From a virus: DNA of 52,767 bases. The first letter of the stretch is position 1; each line of letters starts with the position of its first letter. The notes under the pieces were generated by a model. The model was not told the DNA's origin. It made no database searches and worked only from the letters and a program-made list of their open reading frames with translations. A program made the translations under genes and the position numbers. Below, piece after piece: positions 36,160-43,044 of the stretch. The stretch lies in the IMG/VR virus record IMGVR_UViG_3300034346_000019, positions 1 to 52,767 of that record. One strand, 5' to 3'.

Positions 36160-36904
36160 ATATATTTGCACTGCGCTATCTTTTTTAATCGTTCTTATAT
36201 TCCTATCTCATTCATTAATTGAGGTTCACGACACTAATACAGTGCAAGCGCGAAGCGATCACAAGTCAGCTAAGAAGCAAAAAAACGAAGCTGCAAAACA
36301 ACTACTACTACATATAGATAAATTAAATAGCGGTGATTTGACTAAAAATCAATTCACCGCTTTAACTTCTCCATTAAGTAAGGAACATAAGGAACTTACA
36401 AAAATATCAGCTTCAAAATACAAAGTATTAAATCAAGCAAAGAAAGACGCGAAAGTGTTAGGGTTTTTAAATCTTAATGTATTCGCTTTTCAGTTTGGTA
36501 TATTCTCTATACTATTTATCTTTTCGATTATTTTTTATATTCTTGGAAGACCAGAAAAATACAAAACTCTTGTTAATTCACACAAAAGGTTTTCAATTCT
36601 ATTTATGAGTATATCACTATATTATTTAGTTTGGACTTTTTACCCGTATTCAGATCTTCCGAGGCAATTTCATTTAGCAGCAATGTTTTTGATAGGTTTT
36701 ATATTATCAGTTGCAGTAATGAGCTTAATAGATTGGAAGTTTGAGAAGAAAGCAATCATACAATTATATAAAGACAATTTCAAAATACTATTTAGATTCA
36801 TCGCGATAACCGCGAAGGATTATGTCGACCCCTCCAAAGCGACACCATATAAGAAAAAATATATTACTGAAGTAGTTGATAATTTTAAATTACCCGAAGA
36901 ATGA
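36065..36904 (+). CDS. Polytopic inner-membrane protein with a soluble helical insert
   Basis: TM near ICTALSFLIVLIFL, a ~100-aa Lys-rich helical domain, then 3-4 TM helices. The true start is probably ATG 36125, still overlapping the lipoprotein ORF. Confidence 0.6.
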   Translation: MNQSMNKSNLPTKETLEVQGMTAETTRIRTTKYICTALSFLIVLIFLSHSLIEVHDTNTVQARSDHKSAKKQKNEAAKQLLLHIDKLNSGDLTKNQFTALTSPLSKEHKELTKISASKYKVLNQAKKDAKVLGFLNLNVFAFQFGIFSILFIFSIIFYILGRPEKYKTLVNSHKRFSILFMSISLYYLVWTFYPYSDLPRQFHLAAMFLIGFILSVAVMSLIDWKFEKKAIIQLYKDNFKILFRFIAITAKDYVDPSKATPYKKKYITEVVDNFKLPEE

Positions 36905-37080
36905 GGAGCGAAGACAAGATAAAAAAATTAGAAGAGTTTGGCATAATTGATCCAGATGTAAGCGGTGTGATTAAATCAGACTACGAAAAGATCAAAGAAG
37001 AACTAAAAGAAGAAACGGAACAAAGAACGTCAAGCCTTATTAGTGCAGCTAAATGTGCTAATATCAAACTTTTTATATAA
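36901..37080 (+). CDS. Hypothetical small protein (59 aa)
   Basis: ATGA overlap with the upstream stop. Confidence 0.45.
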   Translation: MRSEDKIKKLEEFGIIDPDVSGVIKSDYEKIKEELKEETEQRTSSLISAAKCANIKLFI

Positions 37081-37081
37081 C

Positions 37082-37091
37082 ATATACGGAA
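37082..37091 (+). repeat. Copy D (core ATATACGGAA) of the intergenic element
   Basis: 10-nt core identical to the other copies; lies upstream of 37159. Confidence 0.6.
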
Positions 37092-37102
37092 TACCGTAAA
37101 AC

Positions 37103-37134
37103 AAAGCAATATTAATTCGTTAGTATTGCTTTTT
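37103..37134 (+). terminator. Rho-independent terminator (AAAGCAATA...TATTGCTTT plus T-run)
   Basis: 9-bp stem followed by TTTT. Confidence 0.6.
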
Positions 37135-37158
37135 GATATTTAAACTAAAATCTAAATT

Positions 37159-37698
37159 ATGAAAAAACTATTACTACTATCACTACTATTTATTCTATCA
37201 TTTACAGCTATTTACGCGCAAAATATACCTAAATTTGAAATAACCAAAGAAGGCATTGATCCGATTGTTGTAAAAGTGGATAGCTTAAAATCAAATGTGC
37301 TGTATGAAAAAACACTTGAATGGGTTAATTCAGCGTTTAAAAACCCAAAAGAAGTTATTGTAGGTGATATTAAAAACAAGAGCTTAAGAATAAGTGGGTA
37401 TGAAAAATCAGCTTACGATTACGGCGGGGCTTTTGGAACAACTTTTAAAGGTGATATTGAGTTTCAAATACTTTTAGACTTTAAAGACAATAAGTACAGG
37501 ATGGAAATTAAATTTATAAAACTTTATGATTATACGGGATCTGTGTATAATTTTAAACCAAGTAGTTATTATAAAAAATCAGGAGAGATAAAAAAAAGGC
37601 ATAAAAAAGAAAAGCAAGGTCTCACAGATTTTGCAAACAGATATTCTAAAATGATTAATGATTATATTGCGAACAAAGATTATAAAGATAAATGGTAA
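37159..37698 (+). CDS. Secreted protein (179 aa), DUF4468-like by eye
   Basis: Signal peptide MKKLLLLSLLFILSFTAIYAQ; own upstream terminator and own downstream terminator. Confidence 0.7.
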   Translation: MKKLLLLSLLFILSFTAIYAQNIPKFEITKEGIDPIVVKVDSLKSNVLYEKTLEWVNSAFKNPKEVIVGDIKNKSLRISGYEKSAYDYGGAFGTTFKGDIEFQILLDFKDNKYRMEIKFIKLYDYTGSVYNFKPSSYYKKSGEIKKRHKKEKQGLTDFANRYSKMINDYIANKDYKDKW

Positions 37699-37738
37699 GA
37701 CTTGAATTTTATTAAAAACATAATTAATCTAACTATTC

Positions 37739-37771
37739 AAAAGATCACTTTAAACGGTGGTCTTTTTTTTT
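37739..37771 (+). terminator. Terminator hairpin plus T9 run, overlapping the 3' end of the convergent regulator gene
   Basis: AAAAGATCAC...GTGGTCTTTT (one G-T wobble) then a T-run. Confidence 0.55.
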
Positions 37772-38181
37772 GCTACATACTCTACTTCAATATTATTATC
37801 TTCTAATACTTTTTTAAACTTCTTGTTTGCTTCACCGTCAATTATAAGGCTTATTAACGGTCTTTTTAATACGGTTTCTAGGTTTTTATAGAAACTCATT
37901 TCAAACTCCTTTAGGGTTACTTCGTAACCTCCTACCATTATAGTATCTTTTTCTTGAATATACGTTTCACTATCTTCTTTTACCACACTATTACTATATA
38001 AAAAGTTATAAAGCGTGTTTACAGTCAGATCATGAGGTCTTTTTATCTCTCCACGAAACAATTTAGACAGTCCAGACTCCTTCAATTCAGTATGTTTCGC
38101 TATATAATAAGAAGTAATACCTTCTTTCTCCACTTTTTCTAGTATTTTTTTTAGTTTCTCTCCTTTGGTTAATTCACTCAT
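37750..38181 (-). CDS. HTH DNA-binding regulator (candidate lysogeny repressor), 143 aa
   Basis: N-terminal GITSYYIAKHTELKESGLSKLFRG HTH-like segment; divergent from the rightward replication operon promoter. Confidence 0.6.
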   Translation of the reverse strand: MSELTKGEKLKKILEKVEKEGITSYYIAKHTELKESGLSKLFRGEIKRPHDLTVNTLYNFLYSNSVVKEDSETYIQEKDTIMVGGYEVTLKEFEMSFYKNLETVLKRPLISLIIDGEANKKFKKVLEDNNIEVEYVAKKKTTV

Positions 38182-38231
38182 AATAAGCGTTTTAGGTTAT
38201 ATATTTCGGTAGGATTGACGTTTTTTAACAT

Positions 38232-38250
38232 AATATTACCACAATATTAC
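38232..38250. promoter_or_regulatory. Operator-like direct repeats AATATTAC-N3-AATATTAC
   Basis: Copies at 38232 and 38243 (11-nt phasing) between the divergent regulator gene and the promoter; related ATTATTAC at 38274. Confidence 0.35.
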
Positions 38251-38259
38251 TATAAATAT

Positions 38260-38291
38260 TTTGATTGTATAGTATTATTACTGTATATTTG
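38260..38291 (+). promoter_or_regulatory. Rightward promoter TTTG-N20-TATATTTG
   Basis: TTTG 38260..38263; TATATTTG 38284..38291. Confidence 0.6.
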
Positions 38292-38332
38292 TACATGTAC
38301 AACGGAACGTATTAACGCAAATATAAAAAATC

Positions 38333-38647
38333 ATGTCACACATACAACAATTAAGCATCACAAAAACATCATTAACAGATTCATCTGTATTAGTTATTGA
38401 GAGATCAAGCAAAGATAACGAGCAGTTAGATGTATTTAACAATGGTCAATTAGTCGCTTATGTAGTTGTAGAGGATGATTCTTTAAATGTTTGTGAGTTA
38501 GAAATTAAATTAACCAATATCGATATAAAAGCTATTAAGGAATTATCAGAAGATTATTTGACACAGGAAATTATTGATACTGAAAATGAAAAAGCATTCG
38601 CAGAAAGATACGCGGTTGATTATTCAGAAGATCAAAAAGTAGCTTAA
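38333..38647 (+). CDS. Hypothetical acidic protein (104 aa)
   Basis: First ORF after the promoter. Confidence 0.55.
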   Translation: MSHIQQLSITKTSLTDSSVLVIERSSKDNEQLDVFNNGQLVAYVVVEDDSLNVCELEIKLTNIDIKAIKELSEDYLTQEIIDTENEKAFAERYAVDYSEDQKVA

Positions 38648-38663
38648 TTATAAAACTAAAACC

Positions 38664-38825
38664 ATGACAACAAAAACTAAAACAATGCTAGAAGTTATAT
38701 TAAGAAGCAAATTCGATGAGCTTCATAATCCTTGGCAACAGGAATGCGCAAAAGAAGTGATAACAGCAGCGAAAGAACTTGAGTTAACGTGGTTAGCTGA
38801 GGATATGGAAAGAGATTTATTTTAA
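38664..38825 (+). CDS. Hypothetical small protein (53 aa)
   Basis: AAAACTAAAACCATG junction. Confidence 0.4.
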   Translation: MTTKTKTMLEVILRSKFDELHNPWQQECAKEVITAAKELELTWLAEDMERDLF

Positions 38826-38844
38826 AACATACAAGGAAAAACAA

Positions 38845-39090
38845 ATGAGCAAAGCAAACAATAGACTAAAAATGGCACAGTTAGTAGTCGACTTCACAAA
38901 CATAGGTATACATGTCTTCCCAAGAGATTACATAACGAAATATTGTCCTTACAAGCAAGGAGCTAAAAAATACAAATGGTTTACATCAGCCGCTAATGTT
39001 TGGAATCTTAGAAACACAGATGAAAAGATTATCAAGGTATTTGAAAAAGCTTTTCAAGACGCGCAAAACGAATTTGAACCAACAACATAA
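38845..39090 (+). CDS. Hypothetical protein (81 aa)
   Basis: Co-oriented ORF. Confidence 0.55.
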   Translation: MSKANNRLKMAQLVVDFTNIGIHVFPRDYITKYCPYKQGAKKYKWFTSAANVWNLRNTDEKIIKVFEKAFQDAQNEFEPTT

Positions 39091-39128
39091 ACAACACTCT
39101 TAGTAATGACACCAAAAAGCAAAAACTA

Positions 39129-39272
39129 ATGAAAACACTAATAGTAACAGATGAACAATACGAAAGCTTGCGGAGGCTGTTTGTTAATGAAGCAGTAGGA
39201 CAGGATGATGTGCCTGTCCTCACGAAAGAAGAGCAGATTTACAAACAGTATTCAAATAAGCTAAACGCATAA
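39129..39272 (+). CDS. Hypothetical small protein (47 aa)
   Basis: ATG 39129 to TAA 39272; followed by a strong terminator. Confidence 0.4.
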   Translation: MKTLIVTDEQYESLRRLFVNEAVGQDDVPVLTKEEQIYKQYSNKLNA

Positions 39273-39292
39273 GGTTTGAATTGGTTGGTAGG

Positions 39293-39331
39293 AACAGGGG
39301 GTAAATGAGCTAAAAAGCTCCCTGTTTTTTT
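39293..39331 (+). terminator. Rho-independent terminator
   Basis: AACAGGG...(GAGCT-AAAA-AGCTC)...CCCTGTT followed by a T7 run. Confidence 0.7.
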
Positions 39332-39378
39332 AAACAAACAAACAAAGAATTTTTTTTCATGTATTTAATTTTTGGATT

Positions 39379-39410
39379 GCGGGAAAATGAAGTGCGATAA
39401 GTTTTCCCGC
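39379..39410. other. Hairpin with a 9-bp perfect stem GCGGGAAAA / TTTTCCCGC and a 14-nt loop
   Basis: Read directly; no T-run; lies in a ~190-nt non-coding gap. Confidence 0.6.
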
Positions 39411-39466
39411 TACATGAAAAAGATAAAGTATAAATAAATCAATAAAAACTAAAACAAATAATTACC

Positions 39467-40063
39467 ATGAAAGAAACAACGTATAAGGCATTCGATAAAA
39501 ATTTTAAATGTAAAGGATTTCAATATGAAGAAGGAAAAGAGTATGAGATAAAAGGAGATGTTATCCCTTGTGAAAATGGATTTCACGCGTGTAAAAATCC
39601 GTCAGACGTTCTTTCCTACTATCCATTAATAGGAAGTGAATTTGCAGAAGTTGAGCAGACTGGAACTGTTATAAATCATGAGGACAAAACAGTTTCTTCA
39701 AAAATTAAAATTAAAGCGAAAATAAATCTTCTAGGATTTATAAAAGCAAAAGTAAACTACTTAGTTGAAACAGTTAAGGATTCCGATACAACTGGAGATG
39801 AAGCACATTCCGCTACAACTGGAGATGAAGCGATCTCTTGTGGATTAGGTTTTCAAAATAGAGTTAAATCTGAAAATGGATGGATAGTTGTAGTAGACTG
39901 GCGTTATGATTATGATAAAAATTCATATTATATACACAACATCTATAGCGCCAAAGTAGGGAAACATAAAATAAAAGGTGAAACTATACAATCAAACACT
40001 CTGTATTGGTTTAGTAACGGAGAATTAAACTCAGAACCATGCACTAACAACATTAAATCATGA
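39467..40063 (+). CDS. Conserved phage protein of unknown function with an internal 9-aa tandem repeat
   Basis: N-terminus YKAFDKNFKCKGFQYEEGKEYE...CENGFHACKNP is a widespread phage family. 27-nt repeat ACAACTGGAGATGAAGC at 39788 and 39815. Confidence 0.65.
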   Translation: MKETTYKAFDKNFKCKGFQYEEGKEYEIKGDVIPCENGFHACKNPSDVLSYYPLIGSEFAEVEQTGTVINHEDKTVSSKIKIKAKINLLGFIKAKVNYLVETVKDSDTTGDEAHSATTGDEAISCGLGFQNRVKSENGWIVVVDWRYDYDKNSYYIHNIYSAKVGKHKIKGETIQSNTLYWFSNGELNSEPCTNNIKS

Positions 40064-40206
40064 TAGAACTACTAATGTTAACAATAGCACTAGGCGCAAT
40101 GCTTGTAGGTTTTTGCATCGGCTATATAATAAGAATGAACCACGAAAACGATTTGACGAAACAGTCAAAAGAAATGACTGTAAATCAGTTGTTCCAAAAG
40201 AAATAA
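40060..40206 (+). CDS. Small membrane protein (48 aa)
   Basis: ATGA overlap; LMLTIALGAMLVGFCIGYII. Confidence 0.4.
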   Translation: MIELLMLTIALGAMLVGFCIGYIIRMNHENDLTKQSKEMTVNQLFQKK

Positions 40207-40218
40207 ACATTTAACCAC

Positions 40219-40275
40219 ACCGCAGTAGAGTTGTAAACAGCTAACAAAAGATATAAAGCGAAATTCTACTGCGGT
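40219..40275. other. Long hairpin: 11-bp perfect stem ACCGCAGTAGA / TCTACTGCGGT, 35-nt loop carrying AGCTAACAAAAGAT
   Basis: Read directly; immediately upstream of the annealase gene. Confidence 0.7.
40239..40252 (+). repeat. AGCTAACAAAAGAT copy 1
   Basis: Identical 14-mer at 47662..47675 and inverted at 47709..47722. Confidence 0.9.
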
Positions 40276-40292
40276 TAAAAAAACTAAAGATT

Positions 40293-40892
40293 ATGAGTAC
40301 AGGAATAGACTTAACAAAACTAAAAGAACCGCTACCAATTGAAGCTGTAAAACAACACCCAACAAAAACATATTTATCAAGCATCAAAGCTATATATGTA
40401 ACTGAAAGGTTTAACGATGTGTTTGGTGTTGGCAAATGGACTCAAAAAGTAGAAATGGAATATGTTAACCATGAAAACGGAATGGTGATAGTAAAAGTAA
40501 CTTTTGAAGTTCCTACACTTAGTATATACTATGAAAGCTATGGCGGGAACGACAACGGAGGGAAACAAAACAAAAACTTCGATTTAGGTGACGCGTATAA
40601 AGGAGCTACTACAGATGCGATTACTAAAATAGGTAGCTATTTAGGTGTTGGAATAGATGTTTTTAAAGGAAAGAACGATAAATCACCTAACAATAAAGAG
40701 TCTAAAAAACCTTGGTTAAACATCTACAAGAAGGACACTAAGGAGTTAACCGATGAAATGACAGGTGTTTATGTAAAAATGAAAGAAGGAACTTATTCAA
40801 GCCTTGTAGAGATTAGAAGAGATTTTGCAGTAAACAAAGTAAACGCAACAACTATCGAAGCGTGGTTTTTGAAACTTAAACAATCAGTTTAA
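40293..40892 (+). CDS. Rad52/Sak-family single-strand annealing protein
   Basis: ...YVTERFNDVFGVGKWTQKVE... and ...GDAYKGATTDAITKIGSYLGVGIDVF match Rad52_Rad22 family signatures. Confidence 0.7.
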   Translation: MSTGIDLTKLKEPLPIEAVKQHPTKTYLSSIKAIYVTERFNDVFGVGKWTQKVEMEYVNHENGMVIVKVTFEVPTLSIYYESYGGNDNGGKQNKNFDLGDAYKGATTDAITKIGSYLGVGIDVFKGKNDKSPNNKESKKPWLNIYKKDTKELTDEMTGVYVKMKEGTYSSLVEIRRDFAVNKVNATTIEAWFLKLKQSV

Positions 40893-40962
40893 TTATGGAA
40901 GGAAGTAAAGAGTATTATTACCAATACCAAGAACAACTAATCAACGAAGAAAATACAATACT

Positions 40963-41445
40963 ATGGATGCAACAATACAATTAATATCAAATGTAAAAAA
41001 TGCGATTAAAGAGTTGGAAGAACATGCATTATCTGGCAACGAATCGGAGCACTTGGCATTCGCAGAAATTAAAAGTGAAAACTTAGATGAATTATTAAAA
41101 GAAAGTCTTTCAAAAATACAATCAAATGCTATTGAGATTTTAAGAGGGAATTACCTAGAGCATAACCAAAAGAGTGTAAAAGCTGATGGTTTTAAATTCA
41201 CGGTTAGAGCTGGCTCTACAAGATATTATTACACAGGAATAGAAGAAATTGAAAACGCTAAAAACGAGTTGAAAAATTCAGAAGCACAGAAGAAAGTCAA
41301 GGATTTAGAAGCTAAATATAAGGTAGCGTTTCAACAGAAGCAAAAAGGCGTTGCAATGTTTGATGAGGAAACAGGTGAGGAAATAGATGTTTCGCTAGTA
41401 AATGTAGTGCACTCTAAAGATGGATTAACTGTAAAACCTGTTTAA
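40963..41445 (+). CDS. Hypothetical protein (160 aa)
   Basis: Co-oriented ORF in the recombination module. Confidence 0.6.
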   Translation: MDATIQLISNVKNAIKELEEHALSGNESEHLAFAEIKSENLDELLKESLSKIQSNAIEILRGNYLEHNQKSVKADGFKFTVRAGSTRYYYTGIEEIENAKNELKNSEAQKKVKDLEAKYKVAFQQKQKGVAMFDEETGEEIDVSLVNVVHSKDGLTVKPV

Positions 41446-41446
41446 A

Positions 41447-41776
41447 ATGACGCAGAGACCACTCGATAAGATTCTAAATAAAATATCTGACTTAATTGAT
41501 GCATACGAAAGCGGAGTATGGCAAAGCGTTGATAATTTAAGAGTAATGCAAAGAGAATTAGTGTCTTATAACTACTTCTTGTCAAAACATAACATTGAAT
41601 ACTTCCAACAATATAACGCAGTACAATACAAACACAAAGGAAGTGTAAGCGCGGGAAAGATATTAGCAGAGGAGCAAGTACCAGAGCTTAGAATGATCCG
41701 CAAGATAATGGAAGCAATAGAGAATGTAATGTGGTCAATGAGAAGTGAAATATCAATTATTAAAAAAGAATCCTAA
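41447..41776 (+). CDS. Hypothetical protein (109 aa)
   Basis: Co-oriented ORF. Confidence 0.55.
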   Translation: MTQRPLDKILNKISDLIDAYESGVWQSVDNLRVMQRELVSYNYFLSKHNIEYFQQYNAVQYKHKGSVSAGKILAEEQVPELRMIRKIMEAIENVMWSMRSEISIIKKES

Positions 41777-42063
41777 TGAGCAAACCAACCTACAGCGATT
41801 CAGAAGGTAACAGATACACTACGGATCAAATAAACCGAAAGAGTGATAAAGCAGCAAATAGCAAGCTAGTAGATCAATTAGTTGATTACGGATATAATTT
41901 TTGCGAAGAATGCGAAAGAAACGATTGCAAGCCTATAGATGTTAGTCACACGGTTAGTAGAAAAAAAGCAAAGGAACTTGGGAAAGTTGAATTGATTTGG
42001 GATAAAAACAATATGGAGATTTTAGGCAGACGCTGTCATAAAATAAAAGATCAGTTGGTATGA
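41776..42063 (+). CDS. Zinc-binding HNH/NinG-like nuclease-type protein (95 aa)
   Basis: CEECERNDCKPIDVSH...RRCH pattern. Confidence 0.5.
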   Translation: MSKPTYSDSEGNRYTTDQINRKSDKAANSKLVDQLVDYGYNFCEECERNDCKPIDVSHTVSRKKAKELGKVELIWDKNNMEILGRRCHKIKDQLV

Positions 42064-42437
42064 GCGAATACACAGAGCATAAAGCGGTAGCAAACTATTT
42101 AAAAATGCAATACCCAAATGTAATATTCACCTCAGACAGTTCAGGTATTAGATTATCAATAGGTAACGCAAAGAAAATGCTAGCATTAAAATCTAATAAT
42201 AAGATTCCAGACTTAATAATATTACACCCAAATCAAGAGTACAACGGATTAATAATTGAAATAAAAGCAAAACACAAAAGCCCGTATTTAAAAAACGGTT
42301 CACTAAGCAAATCAGTACATATTCAAGAGCAAAACAAAACACTAGAAGCGTTAACAGAATTGAAATACAAAGCGGTTTTTGGTGTTGGATTTGACGAGTG
42401 TAAAAATATTATTGACAAATACATGAATAAATCATAA
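42060..42437 (+). CDS. VRR-NUC / PD-(D/E)xK nuclease (possible junction resolvase)
   Basis: H..V..YL, IPDLIILHP...LIIEIKAK. Confidence 0.65.
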   Translation: MSEYTEHKAVANYLKMQYPNVIFTSDSSGIRLSIGNAKKMLALKSNNKIPDLIILHPNQEYNGLIIEIKAKHKSPYLKNGSLSKSVHIQEQNKTLEALTELKYKAVFGVGFDECKNIIDKYMNKS

Positions 42438-42442
42438 AAACC

Positions 42443-42652
42443 ATGAGCAACGACCCAAAATACAAAGTAATAAAAGCATACAAAGAAAAATCTTTAAGAA
42501 AGAAAAAAAGCGAAATAACTAATTGGCTTCGAGTATTGGAAGCAACTAATACAAGGCGCGTAAACAATATGCGCGAAACTAAAAATTATTGGATAGACAG
42601 ACTAAACACAGTAAATCAAAAAATAAGTTTAATCGAAAATAGAAGCATTTAA
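42443..42652 (+). CDS. Hypothetical basic protein (69 aa)
   Basis: Co-oriented ORF. Confidence 0.5.
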   Translation: MSNDPKYKVIKAYKEKSLRKKKSEITNWLRVLEATNTRRVNNMRETKNYWIDRLNTVNQKISLIENRSI

Positions 42653-42663
42653 AAAACAACAAT

Positions 42664-43011
42664 ATGCAAATTACAGGAAAAATAAGACAAATAGGAAATA
42701 CAGAAACATTCGGAAGCAATGGCTTTAGAAAGCGTGAAATTGTAGTAACAACAGAAGAACAATATCCGCAACATATTCTAATTGAGTTTATACAAGATAA
42801 ATGTGACTTGTTAAATAATTTTAGCGTCGGACAAGATGTAAAAATTAGCATAAATATCAGAGGGAGAGAATGGACTAATCCACAAGGAGATGTAAAGTAC
42901 TTCAACTCATTGCACGGCTGGAGAATTGAAGGCGCGCAATCACAAAAACCCGCAGCAGTTCCACCCGCAGATACAACTATAGAAGACGAACAGGATGATC
43001 TTCCTTTTTAA
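42664..43011 (+). CDS. DUF3127-type OB-fold single-stranded DNA-binding protein
   Basis: MQITGKI...FRKREIVV...QHILIEF typical of DUF3127; C-terminal acidic tip EDEQDDLPF like the SSB DDDIPF tail. Confidence 0.7.
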   Translation: MQITGKIRQIGNTETFGSNGFRKREIVVTTEEQYPQHILIEFIQDKCDLLNNFSVGQDVKISINIRGREWTNPQGDVKYFNSLHGWRIEGAQSQKPAAVPPADTTIEDEQDDLPF

Positions 43012-43044
43012 AACTATAAACGAAACGGATTAAAATATACAAAG

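Noticed and set aside
37763-37771. A9 run (minus-strand sense) in the last codons of the candidate repressor, considered as a slipped-strand phase-variation tract
   Set aside because: A frameshift here would change only the final ~4 residues. The run is better explained as the T-tract of the convergent terminator.
38215-38400. 61-aa plus-strand ORF spanning the operator/promoter region
   Set aside because: It covers the TTTG-N20-TATATTTG promoter and the AATATTAC repeats, and its product is Tyr/Cys/Ile-rich nonsense. The real first gene is 38333..38647.
40241-40568. Minus ORFs 40241..40435 and 40377..40568. Also 39032..39223, 42579..42905, 43307..43624, 44277..44492, 46635..46946, 49605..49829, 50262..50567, 51687..51899 and 51875..52147.
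   Set aside because: All are antisense to motif-supported or tightly coupled plus-strand genes (Rad52-like, SSB, wHTH, organiser, terS and others).
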